This document shows positions 26,472 to 35,031 of a DNA stretch of 64,000 nt, piece by piece. The stretch comes from Candidatus Caldarchaeum sp. (GTDB taxonomy: Archaea; Thermoproteota; Nitrososphaeria_A; Caldarchaeales; Caldarchaeaceae). Made by a program: the position numbers and the translations under genes. The first letter of the stretch is position 1. The number at the start of each line of letters is the position of its first letter. Under the pieces are notes generated by a model that was not told where the DNA came from, searched no databases, and saw nothing but the letters and a program-made list of their open reading frames with translations. The stretch lies in NCBI GenBank assembly GCA_038885755.1, contig JAVZZH010000001.1, positions 519,413-583,412 on the forward strand. Reading direction: 5' to 3'.

Positions 26472-27589
26472 AGCCGTTTGAGACGATGGAGGTGGGCAGC
26501 CTCAACAAGGCGCCGTTCATCTCGAAGAACGTTGAACGGGCGGCGTCCGAGGCCGAGAGATGGGGGAGACGGCTCGAGGTCGAGAACCATGTTGAACTAG
26601 TCGGGAAGATAAAAAGGAACGAGCTTACTGCTGAAGAGCTTGCCGACTGGGCCTGCCTTTACGGCTTGAGGTTCTTCGAGAAGGCCGGGCTCGACGTGGT
26701 TTACGACGGCGAGCAGAGGAGGATGGAGATGTACGAGTATCCCCTTCAGTTCGTTCAAGGCTTCGAGTTCAGAGGCGTTGTAAGGGTGTGGGACAACGAA
26801 TACTACAGGAAGGCCGCGGTCGTAGACAGTCCACGGCTTTTGAAGCCCTACCACTTGGATGAGCTGAGGTTCAACAAGAGAAACGCTCGAAAACGCCTGA
26901 AGGTGCCCGTGACTGCTGCCTACACCCTGGCTGACTGGTCTTTCGACGAACACTACATCAAGAAAGCTGCCGGCGAAGACTTCTTCGAGAGACAGCAGAG
27001 AGCTAGGCACAGCTTCGTCATGGACCTCGTCTCGAACGTCGTGAGGCCCGTCGTGCAGGCTTTAGACAGAGAGGGAGTGGATTACATCCAGCTCGACGAG
27101 CCGGCGGCAGCCACCAAGCCCTACGAGGCAAGCCTCGTGGTGGAGAGCCTTAACGAGACCATCAAAGGCCTCCGCTCCAAGATAGCTGTCCACATCTGCT
27201 ACACAAACTACGAAGCCCTGTTCCCGGCTCTACTAGAGCTGAAGGCCGACGTCCTCTCGGTTTCATGCTCGAACGCCGACACGACGAGGCTGGGCGTAGA
27301 CGACGATTCGAGGAGAGGCTTCAGAATGCTGGAGAAGTTCAGCCAGTACTCCCTGCCCTTCAGAATCGCGCCGGGCGTCGTAGACGTGCACACAGACTTC
27401 GTCGAGAGCCCCGAGCTCGTCCGAGACAGGCTTCTGTACGCGGCTAGAGTTATGAAGGACCCGGGGCTGGTGGTTGCGTGCAACGACTGCGGCCTGAGGA
27501 CGAGGAGGTGGGACGTGGCTTTCGAGAAGCAGGTCAGCTTGGCGAAAGGAGCTCAGCTAGCACGCAGCATATTAGAGGAGGGGCGTTAG
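26468..27589 (+). CDS. metE: Cobalamin-independent methionine synthase MetE, catalytic C-terminal-like protein (split metE, part 2)
   Basis: IQLDEPA, HICYTN and ACNDCGL zinc-ligand motifs of the MetE catalytic barrel. 4-nt overlap with the upstream gene. Confidence 0.65.
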   Translation: MKPFETMEVGSLNKAPFISKNVERAASEAERWGRRLEVENHVELVGKIKRNELTAEELADWACLYGLRFFEKAGLDVVYDGEQRRMEMYEYPLQFVQGFEFRGVVRVWDNEYYRKAAVVDSPRLLKPYHLDELRFNKRNARKRLKVPVTAAYTLADWSFDEHYIKKAAGEDFFERQQRARHSFVMDLVSNVVRPVVQALDREGVDYIQLDEPAAATKPYEASLVVESLNETIKGLRSKIAVHICYTNYEALFPALLELKADVLSVSCSNADTTRLGVDDDSRRGFRMLEKFSQYSLPFRIAPGVVDVHTDFVESPELVRDRLLYAARVMKDPGLVVACNDCGLRTRRWDVAFEKQVSLAKGAQLARSILEEGR

Positions 27590-28071
27590 GAGGATTTCTC
27601 CTCGGACTTAGCCTGTGCCTGAGCAGCCGCCTTCCTCGAAACTCCCACAGTCATGCCGCTCCTGCCTGTCGTCCTCGTCCTCTGCCCCCTCACCTTGAGG
27701 CCTAGGGAATGCCTAATCCCCTTCCAGCTCTTCGTCCTCATCATCGTCTGAATGTCCTCCTTGACAGCCAGGTCCAGGTCGGCTCCTATGAGATGTAGGT
27801 TCTTACCCGTGGAAGGGTCTCGGCTTCTGTTGAGCATCCAGCCCGGGATTCCATGGGCTTCGGGGTTCCTGGCTATCTGCTCCAGCTTCTCTATCTGCTT
27901 GTCTGTAAGCTGGCCTATACGCGTGTCGGGGTCGATGCCCGAAACCCTGGCTATCGCATACCCTAGGTTTACACCGATTCCCTTGACCCGTGCAAGGGCG
28001 TAGGGTATCTTCAGCGTCCCGTCTAAGTCAGTGTTAAGCACCCGGACGATGTACCTAAGCTCTGACGACAT
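27586..28071 (-). CDS. rps13: Ribosomal protein uS13
   Basis: Start at MSSELRYIVRVLNTDLDGTLKIPYALARVKGIG. Not followed by the usual S4/S11/RpoD genes. Confidence 0.85.
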   Translation of the reverse strand: MSSELRYIVRVLNTDLDGTLKIPYALARVKGIGVNLGYAIARVSGIDPDTRIGQLTDKQIEKLEQIARNPEAHGIPGWMLNRSRDPSTGKNLHLIGADLDLAVKEDIQTMMRTKSWKGIRHSLGLKVRGQRTRTTGRSGMTVGVSRKAAAQAQAKSEEKSS

Positions 28072-28125
28072 CCATCTGTAAGGTCCTCGACGTCTATATA
28101 AGCATGCAAACAACCCTGTAATGCC

Positions 28126-28893
28126 ATGGGCTTGCTGGAGGGCAAGAAAGTGCTGGTTTCCGGGGCCTCGGGAGGAATCGGCAGGGCTGTTGTCGTGGAG
28201 TTTCTCCGGGAAGGAGCTTACGTCGCAGCCGGAGCCCGGCGTGTGAACGTTCTCAAGAGCTTGCAGGAAGAGGCGGGGGAGGAGGGTTTGAAACGTCTGG
28301 CCGTCGGATATCTCGACGTCTCGGACGAAAGCTCAGTCGCAGATTTTGTCGACGCTGCGGTGGAGAGGTTCGGCGGCGTGGACGCCCTGCTGAACGTCGC
28401 CGGCTACGTCATCGAGGAGAGTCTCTGGAGCAAGCGGCTCGTCGACCACACCGTCGAGGACTTGATGAAGGTCATGAGAGTCGACCTACTCGGCTCCTTC
28501 CTCATGGTCAAGCACGTGATCCCGTCGATGGCTAGGAACGGGTCGGGCGTGATCGTCAACTTCGCCTCCACACCTCCTCTAACAGGCTACGACAAAGGTC
28601 TGGCCTACAGCTTGGCGAAAGCAGCCGTGATTGCGCTGACGAAGCACGTGGCCAGAGAATACGGAGGCCGTGGTGTCAGAGCCTACACGCTTGCCCTCGG
28701 AAACATAGAGACGGAGGCCACGGTCTCGGCGACGTCGGAGGAGGAGTACTTGGAGCTGGCCAGGGAATGCTCCATGCAGCGCTGGGGAAGGCCTGAAGAG
28801 GTGGCTTCAGCTGCCTGCCTGCTGTGCTCTGACAAAGCATCCTTCATAAACGGCCAGACGATAGTAGTGGACGGCGGCGCCGTGATGCTCTAA
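28126..28893 (+). CDS. Short-chain dehydrogenase/reductase (SDR)
   Basis: GASGGIGRA Rossmann motif and YSLAKAAV (YxxxK) catalytic motif. Confidence 0.85.
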   Translation: MGLLEGKKVLVSGASGGIGRAVVVEFLREGAYVAAGARRVNVLKSLQEEAGEEGLKRLAVGYLDVSDESSVADFVDAAVERFGGVDALLNVAGYVIEESLWSKRLVDHTVEDLMKVMRVDLLGSFLMVKHVIPSMARNGSGVIVNFASTPPLTGYDKGLAYSLAKAAVIALTKHVAREYGGRGVRAYTLALGNIETEATVSATSEEEYLELARECSMQRWGRPEEVASAACLLCSDKASFINGQTIVVDGGAVML

Positions 28894-28947
28894 TCACTTC
28901 GGGAAAGCTTAATAAACAGAAGGTTCGGTGAATATTCTAGGGATTCC

Positions 28948-29250
28948 ATGGCGATTCAGGGAATCGAGTGGATTGTCGTGGCGGTGGTGGTTCTTCTCCT
29001 CTTCCTCTGGGGACCTGAAAAGCTTCCCAAGATAGCCCGGTCGATAGGGCAGGCGAAGAAGGAGTTTGAGAAAGCATCGAGGGGGTTGGAGGAGGAGATC
29101 AACAAGGCTGCTTCACTCCAGCCGTCTGCTTCATCTCCCCCCGACGACAAGCTGCTTGAGGTTGCCAGGGCTTTGAACATCCAGACCGAAGGGCTCACTA
29201 GGGACGAGATAGCCAAAGCCATCGTCGAGAAGTCTCAGAAGACCGCATAA
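28948..29250 (+). CDS. tatA: Twin-arginine translocase TatA/E
   Basis: N-terminal TM helix followed by WGPEKLPKIARSIGQAKKEFEKA (GPxxLPxxxRxxGxxxxxFK). Confidence 0.85.
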   Translation: MAIQGIEWIVVAVVVLLLFLWGPEKLPKIARSIGQAKKEFEKASRGLEEEINKAASLQPSASSPPDDKLLEVARALNIQTEGLTRDEIAKAIVEKSQKTA

Positions 29251-29282
29251 CATTATATTGCGTAAGCCCAGAGGATGGGGCG

Positions 29283-30146
29283 TTGAGCAGAGACAAGGAG
29301 ATGCCCCTAATCGAGCATATCAGAGAGCTTAAAGACCGTGTAAAAGTGATAATAGTCTCGTTCATAATCGCCCTCATCTTCTGGCTGGCTTTTCCAGCCG
29401 ACCTGTCGGCAGCCTCCATAAACCCGGAGTTCTACGAGCCGATGGTCTCGCTCGTACTGAAGCGAATAGTCAGCGACGTGGGAGGCGGGAGGCTGACAAT
29501 CATAGGCTGCAGCGTGACCTCACCCTTCGAGATAATCTTCTTGGCCGCGGCTTTCCTAGCATTAGCATCCATCATGCCGGTCATAGGCTATGAAACCTAC
29601 GCATACGTCGACCCGGCTCTGTACCCGCATGAAAGGAGGACTATCTACGGGTTCACGGCAGGCTTCTTCGGGCTTTTCTCAGCAGGCGCCTTGTTCGGCT
29701 ACTTCGTCGCCGCCCCGCTGCTCATGAGGGCGATGGTCTTCTTCTTCGAGCTGGCGGGCATAAACCCAACCGTCTGCGCCATGGACTTCTACAGCCTCGT
29801 CTTCACAACGGTCCTACTCATAGGAGTTGTCTTCACCTCTCCCGCCGTACTGGTTGTCTTGGTGAGGTTCGGGCTTGTTAGAACCGAGTCGATAACCAAA
29901 AACAGGCTGTACATCTACGGCCTGCTGTACATAGCCGTAGCCTTCATAACCCCTGACGGATGGCTGGTCGGAAACGCGATACTGTTTCTCCCCCTTGTTG
30001 CTTTGATAGAGTCCTCAATCATCGTGGCTAGAAGGGTTGAGAGAAGCAGGGAGAGCAGCGTGGACGTCGTGCGATGCAAGTTCTGCGGCTCAGCAATGAA
30101 GGAGGGGCAGGTCTTCTGCGCTAAGTGCGGCAGGGCTCAGGAATGA
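29283..30146 (+). CDS. tatC: Twin-arginine translocase TatC with a C-terminal zinc-ribbon extension
   Basis: 6-TM TatC pattern (EHIRELKDR...), plus a terminal RCKFCGSAMKEGQVFCAKCG CxxC...CxxC ribbon. Confidence 0.8.
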   Translation: MSRDKEMPLIEHIRELKDRVKVIIVSFIIALIFWLAFPADLSAASINPEFYEPMVSLVLKRIVSDVGGGRLTIIGCSVTSPFEIIFLAAAFLALASIMPVIGYETYAYVDPALYPHERRTIYGFTAGFFGLFSAGALFGYFVAAPLLMRAMVFFFELAGINPTVCAMDFYSLVFTTVLLIGVVFTSPAVLVVLVRFGLVRTESITKNRLYIYGLLYIAVAFITPDGWLVGNAILFLPLVALIESSIIVARRVERSRESSVDVVRCKFCGSAMKEGQVFCAKCGRAQE

Positions 30147-30718
30147 TACGTCCAGTAGGCGTAGATGTAGTAGGCAGAGTTGTTGACCGCGTGGACGATT
30201 ATAGGCGGGGTCAGAGACCTCGACCTGTCCAAGCTGTAGGCGGTGAACAAGCCGATGAAGAGCGTTGGGAGAAGCCTGTAAACATCTAGGTGAGCTATTG
30301 CGAAAATCGTCGAGGAGGCGATTACAGCCATGGGTTGTCCCAGCGCGTTCCTGAGCCTTACGTGGATGAAGCCTCTGAACAAGACCTCCTCGGCCGGAGC
30401 GGTCAGCACGAAGGACAACAGAACGAACGCGGCTAGCTGCTCTAGGTTTTTCGGGGATAGACTCTCCACGAGCTCAACATACCTTCTGTCAGGCGTGAAA
30501 GCAAGCGAGACCGCGTGAGAGGATGTGAAAGCTGCGGCGACAGCTGCGGGAGCTGTCTTGAAAGCTGTTCCGAGACCAGCCGGCCTCAGGAGAGACCTGT
30601 CGACCTTTCCGAGCAGCACGTAGACGGACGATAGGAGGAGTAGAGAAAGCTGCGGCACCCAGACCCCCGTCAACCCCACAGAGCTAGAGACAGCGTATGA
30701 GGTCTGAGCAACGACCAC
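30137..30718 (-). CDS. CPBP-family (CAAX protease/Abi) intramembrane metalloprotease
   Basis: EEVLFRG, FAIAHL and HAVNN motifs. Confidence 0.75.
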   Translation of the reverse strand: MVVAQTSYAVSSSVGLTGVWVPQLSLLLLSSVYVLLGKVDRSLLRPAGLGTAFKTAPAAVAAAFTSSHAVSLAFTPDRRYVELVESLSPKNLEQLAAFVLLSFVLTAPAEEVLFRGFIHVRLRNALGQPMAVIASSTIFAIAHLDVYRLLPTLFIGLFTAYSLDRSRSLTPPIIVHAVNNSAYYIYAYWTYHS

Positions 30719-30755
30719 GGCTAGGCTGGCCGTCGTCAGCGCCGAAAGTAATGCT

Positions 30756-31079
30756 TCATCCCTGCTGGACAGAGCTCCTCAGCCCTTTCAGAGTTCCTGA
30801 GACTTTGACGGTTCTCACGACTGTCTCTACCCCTCTAACCCTCCGCACGAGCGATGCGGCCAAAACCGCTCCGGGAACCCATTCGTTGTAGCATGAAACA
30901 ATCAACCGGCCGCCTAAGGTCATGGTCTTGAAGCCCGACACAGCCAGCCCCATCCTTCCATGAAGCCTCTCGAAAACATCTTGGACGGCTTCAGCCACCG
31001 AGTCGACGCCAACCTGCCCAGAATGCCTCAGCAAGACGTAGCGTCTCTTCAACCGCAGAAACCTATCCGTCAAACACAT
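30756..31079 (-). CDS. rnp2: RNase P protein component 2 (Pop5)
   Basis: LRLKRRYVLL... and VSGTLKGL patterns typical of archaeal Pop5; adjacent to Rpp30. Confidence 0.65.
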   Translation of the reverse strand: MCLTDRFLRLKRRYVLLRHSGQVGVDSVAEAVQDVFERLHGRMGLAVSGFKTMTLGGRLIVSCYNEWVPGAVLAASLVRRVRGVETVVRTVKVSGTLKGLRSSVQQG

Positions 31080-31669
31080 CTATCCTCCAACAACTTCAAG
31101 GGAATGGTTGAAACCGAGTCGAGAACAGGGCTCTCCACACCTTTCAGCGCCGCGAGAATGTAGCCCAGCTGCTGAGGTGGAAGCAGCTCTTCCTCTCGGG
31201 AGGCTCCGCTTGAGATGATTGTGGGAATTCCCACGGCGTCGGCTGCCTTGACGATCCTCATCAGGCTCCTCCACTTCCTGCCGTCGTTAAAGCACTCGAT
31301 TATCTCGGCTACAGTTAATTCGAGGACGTTCTTAAAAACTTGAGCTACGTGCCTGTCGACGTCGGCCATGCCGCCGTAAACCATTACCGTCCCGACGCGC
31401 CCGTCCCTCGCAGCTACCATCAAAGCCTCACGACTAAGCGGCTTGACGCAGACCAGAACATTCCTCTCCAGCCGGCGAAGACGGCTTAGAAGGTCCGACC
31501 TCGACTCAACCTCGAGAAACTCCTTCCTGTGGACGGTGATCCCCAGGCTTGAAGCATCGTAAACCTCTTCTCCAACCACGCACACGTGGCCGTAGCCCAT
31601 TCCAGCCATGGTTGAAGCCATGCTCCTATCCATCCTCAACACATGCAAGTCTACGTATCTTCTAGGCAT
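31070..31669 (-). CDS. rnp3: RNase P protein component 3 (Rpp30, TIM-barrel)
   Basis: Rpp30-like length and conserved context with Pop5; Gly/Asp-rich barrel motifs. Confidence 0.65.
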   Translation of the reverse strand: MPRRYVDLHVLRMDRSMASTMAGMGYGHVCVVGEEVYDASSLGITVHRKEFLEVESRSDLLSRLRRLERNVLVCVKPLSREALMVAARDGRVGTVMVYGGMADVDRHVAQVFKNVLELTVAEIIECFNDGRKWRSLMRIVKAADAVGIPTIISSGASREEELLPPQQLGYILAALKGVESPVLDSVSTIPLKLLEDRCV

Positions 31670-32052
31670 CTATACATCTCTCTCCAATCACCCACGTACG
31701 TGAACTCGAGCTTGACCGGGTCAACATCCGAGTCAGCTATACTGCCTTGGTAGGCTTTCTGCTTGTCGACCCGTAGATGAAGCCTACCACCTCCTCCCGG
31801 CTTGGCCTCGACTCCCACCGCCCCGTAGCCCACATGCTTGACGACATTCTTGAAAACCTTCAACACATCGCCTTCGTCGGCGACCATGCACTCGACCACC
31901 GTGATGGGGTCGCCGTAGTGGCCCTCCACCACGTTCTTCTCAACGTTAAAGCCTACGCCTCCAAGCACGTTTTCAACTGCTTTCATCACCTTGTCCAAAT
32001 CCTCCGTGGCGTAGCTGTGAACCCTGACTCTCAGCCGCGTCAGCCTGAGCAT
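31651..32052 (-). CDS. Conserved archaeal hypothetical protein (possibly UPF0201/DUF54-like), co-operonic with the RNase P genes
   Basis: 133 aa, mixed alpha/beta with Gly-rich loops; family assignment is from memory only. Confidence 0.3.
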   Translation of the reverse strand: MLRLTRLRVRVHSYATEDLDKVMKAVENVLGGVGFNVEKNVVEGHYGDPITVVECMVADEGDVLKVFKNVVKHVGYGAVGVEAKPGGGGRLHLRVDKQKAYQGSIADSDVDPVKLEFTYVGDWREMYRCLEDT

Positions 32053-32125
32053 CCTGACCTGCTTCTCTCCGGGTCGCCATATAGGTTTTCAACTTTAAGA
32101 ATAACCCCGAAAGCTGAATGTCAAG

Positions 32126-32560
32126 TTGACGTCGGTATACAAGCTGATTAACAAAGCTTGGAGAGAGAGGCCTGCGACGCTGGTGTCGTCCATCCGGTCT
32201 AGGATGGTCTCGTGGAGGCGGGAGAAGAGCGTCGTGCGTGTCGACAAGCCTCTCAGAATCGACAGGGCTAGGAGTTTAGGCTACCGAGCCAAGCCGGGCT
32301 ACGTTGTTCTTAGGGTTAGGGTCAGGCGTGGAGGGTTCAGCAAGCCGAGGCCTAGGTCTGGAAGAAGGCCGAAAGCCATAGGCGTCGTCAAACACAAGGT
32401 AAACCTTTCGCTTAAGGAGGAGGCCATCCGCAGAGGTTTGAAGAAGTATCCCAACCTCAGGGCTTTGGGAGCCTATCCTCTCGCCGCAGACTCGCTCTAC
32501 AAATGGTTTGAAGTCGTTGCCGTAGACCCCAGCCATCCAGCAGTCAAACTCAATAAATAA
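32126..32560 (+). CDS. rpl15e: Ribosomal protein L15e
   Basis: WRRE...RIDRARSLGYRAKPGYVVLRVRVRRGG...PNLRALGAY...YKWFEVVAVDPSHPA motif. Confidence 0.85.
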   Translation: MTSVYKLINKAWRERPATLVSSIRSRMVSWRREKSVVRVDKPLRIDRARSLGYRAKPGYVVLRVRVRRGGFSKPRPRSGRRPKAIGVVKHKVNLSLKEEAIRRGLKKYPNLRALGAYPLAADSLYKWFEVVAVDPSHPAVKLNK

Positions 32561-32585
32561 GGCGCGGCTTTGGACATGGTTTAGG

Positions 32586-33794
32586 ATGGAGCTGGCGGGC
32601 ATAGTCGGGAAGCCTAACGTAGGCAAGAGCACGCTCTTCTCAGCTCTCAGCATGACGGAGGTCGAGATAGCCAACTATCCGTTCACAACCAAGAAGCCCA
32701 ACGTCGGAATCACCTACGTAAGGCTTGATTGCGTCTGCAAAAAACTCGGAGTCAAAGACAACCCGCGAAACTCGCTCTGCGTCGACGGCGTACGCCTCGC
32801 ACCCATCCAGATAATAGACTGCCCGGGAATAATACACGAAGCTCACAAGGGAAAAGGCCTCGGCCTGCAGTTCCTAGACGAAATAAGGCAAGCCTCAGCC
32901 CTCATCGTGGTCGCCGATGCTTCGGGCGGAACCCTGCTCGACGGAACTCCTGCCGAGCCCGGCTCCCACGACCCCGTTGAGGACGTCAAGCTCGTGCTGA
33001 ACGAGTTCGACATATGGCTTCGAGACATTCTTGCAAGGCACTGGGCCCGGGTTTCGAGGGCGGCTGAGGCTAGGCAGGTGAGCTTCACGGCTGAGATAAG
33101 CAAGGCTCTCTCAGGACTGGGGGTCGATGAGAAGAGTGTGATGGAGGCTGTCGCCCATCTAGGGCTTGACCTGCGCAAGCCGACGAGCTGGAGCTCGGCC
33201 GACCTGCTGAGGCTGTCCACGGAGCTGAGGGTTAGGACCAAGCCCGTTGTAGTGGCGGCTAACAAATGCGACGTCCCCGGGTCTGAGGCGAATGTGGAGA
33301 GGCTTCGGCAAGCAGGCTTCGACGTCGTCCCCTGCTCGGCCGAGGCCGAGAGAACTCTGAGGCTGGCTGCATCGAAGGGTCTGGTCAGGTACTTGCCCGG
33401 CGACAGCAACTTCACAGTGTTGAAGGACGCGCAGCTCACCGATGCGCAGAAAAAAGCCTTGGACAAGATTAGGGAGAGAGTCTTCTCGAGGTGGGGAGGG
33501 ACGGGTGTTCAGCAGCTTGTCAACAAAGCCTACTTGGAGAAGCTCGGCTACATACCTGTCTACCCGGTCGAGAACCCCCACAGCCTGACCGACCACGACG
33601 GCAACGTCCTCCCGGACGTCTACTTGATGCCCTCAGGCTCCACGCCCAGAGACCTAGCCTACAAAATACACTCCGAGCTGGGCGAAGGCTACCTGTATGC
33701 GGTAGACGCCCTCACAGGCCTGAGGCTGGCCGACGACAACCCCCTCAAGCCCGACCAAGTAGTCTCCATAGTATCCGCCGGAAGACGGGGCTAG
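32586..33794 (+). CDS. Obg-like GTPase, Ygr210 subfamily, with C-terminal TGS domain
   Basis: G1 (GKPNVGKST), G3 (DCPG), G4 (NKCD) and a C-terminal TGS beta-grasp domain. Confidence 0.7.
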   Translation: MELAGIVGKPNVGKSTLFSALSMTEVEIANYPFTTKKPNVGITYVRLDCVCKKLGVKDNPRNSLCVDGVRLAPIQIIDCPGIIHEAHKGKGLGLQFLDEIRQASALIVVADASGGTLLDGTPAEPGSHDPVEDVKLVLNEFDIWLRDILARHWARVSRAAEARQVSFTAEISKALSGLGVDEKSVMEAVAHLGLDLRKPTSWSSADLLRLSTELRVRTKPVVVAANKCDVPGSEANVERLRQAGFDVVPCSAEAERTLRLAASKGLVRYLPGDSNFTVLKDAQLTDAQKKALDKIRERVFSRWGGTGVQQLVNKAYLEKLGYIPVYPVENPHSLTDHDGNVLPDVYLMPSGSTPRDLAYKIHSELGEGYLYAVDALTGLRLADDNPLKPDQVVSIVSAGRRG

Positions 33795-34129
33795 AACCCT
33801 TCCCGGAAGTAGTGTCCAAGCTCCTTCCTCGAGCCGAAGCTCCTTATACCCCTCTCCTTCAGCTGGCTGAGAAGGACTTCAGCGTAATCCTTGGACAGCT
33901 CTCCGCGTGAGAGCAGGTATTCCACAACCTCCCTACCCTGCTCGTCCGTGTCGCATCTCCGCAAATAGTCGATGACCGTCGGAGCTTTCGACGAGGCCTC
34001 CTTCTCAGCCTCCGCAGAGCTCGTCCGCACACCTCCAACTCCAACCGAAGACTTACCTCCACAGAGCTCACGGTAGAGGGCTGGAAACCTTTTCCTAAAC
34101 TCCTCGACGTCTATCTCCATCCCGGTCAA
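33791..34129 (-). CDS. Hypothetical conserved archaeal protein
   Basis: 112 aa, no recognised motif; co-directional with rps3ae. Confidence 0.3.
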   Translation of the reverse strand: MTGMEIDVEEFRKRFPALYRELCGGKSSVGVGGVRTSSAEAEKEASSKAPTVIDYLRRCDTDEQGREVVEYLLSRGELSKDYAEVLLSQLKERGIRSFGSRKELGHYFREGF

Positions 34130-34731
34130 TCTACCTGAGGCTGAGCTAGGTACTGTATCTTGCCGAGTTTGAGCACCTTGCTCTTGACGACGCCCACGTG
34201 TCTAGGAAGAACTATTTTCTTCACTTGGTTGTATATGTCTGAGGCTGTTTTACCGAGGACAAGCTCCTGCGCCAGCTGGTCGTGAGTGAGCTTAGAGGCA
34301 ACATCCTCAACAACCTTCATCATCAAAGCCCTGACGGCTTTTCTCTTGCTGGACGATGTGCGGGATGAGGTGAAAACAGTCGGGTAGACTCTCAGCCTGA
34401 ACCCGTCGACTGTGGAGACGTCGAAGATGTACTCGATCTTGTTCGTGCCTCTCTTCACTAGGCTGCGCAGGTACTCCCTGCCGTACTGATGGCCGTAGAA
34501 TACTGTTTGGCATGCGCTGTCCTTGACGTCCACGACCTTGAAGTTTAGAAGTATGTACTGCTTGGTGAAGTCGTCAGTTATGGCGTACAGGCTTGTCTTG
34601 AGAACTCGACCAACCACTTTGGAGGCGTCGTCAGCCATCGTGCTTCCAAGCCATTTGCCTCCGAAGTAGGGGGGAGCGTAGATGTCGAACTGCTTCTTAG
34701 GCTTCTTCGGCTCTGAAGTTTTCTTTGACAA
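34126..34731 (-). CDS. rps3ae: Ribosomal protein S3Ae (S1e)
   Basis: KKxxxFDIYAP...GGKWLGSTMAD... pattern of the right length. Confidence 0.85.
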   Translation of the reverse strand: MSKKTSEPKKPKKQFDIYAPPYFGGKWLGSTMADDASKVVGRVLKTSLYAITDDFTKQYILLNFKVVDVKDSACQTVFYGHQYGREYLRSLVKRGTNKIEYIFDVSTVDGFRLRVYPTVFTSSRTSSSKRKAVRALMMKVVEDVASKLTHDQLAQELVLGKTASDIYNQVKKIVLPRHVGVVKSKVLKLGKIQYLAQPQVD

Positions 34732-34746
34732 CCCTTCCTTACGCCT

Positions 34747-35031
34747 TCAACGGGTCTCTATATATTTGTCGCCCACCGTTCTGTAGACCCTCTCCGACAG
34801 GCTGGCGCTTCCGAGGACGTCGTCTAATGTGGCTAGGAAGGATGCGAACCCCCTCGTGCACTCAACCTCGACGACAACAGCCCTCCCCTCAAGCTTGGTG
34901 TCGACAGAGAGGCCTGTTGGAAGCGGTTTGTCGTCGGGCTTGATGGAGTGGTAGACGGTTGAAGCTGTCTCCTCGTCTCCGAAAACCATCCTAACCACTG
35001 ATTTTATCAACGGTTTTTTCAAGCTGTTCAC
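34747..35031 (-). CDS. pcc1: KEOPS complex subunit Pcc1
   Basis: 94-aa protein with a Pcc1-like pattern (...AVVVEVECTRGFASFLATLDDVL...); conserved neighbourhood with RecJ-like and S15. Confidence 0.5.
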   Translation of the reverse strand: MNSLKKPLIKSVVRMVFGDEETASTVYHSIKPDDKPLPTGLSVDTKLEGRAVVVEVECTRGFASFLATLDDVLGSASLSERVYRTVGDKYIETR

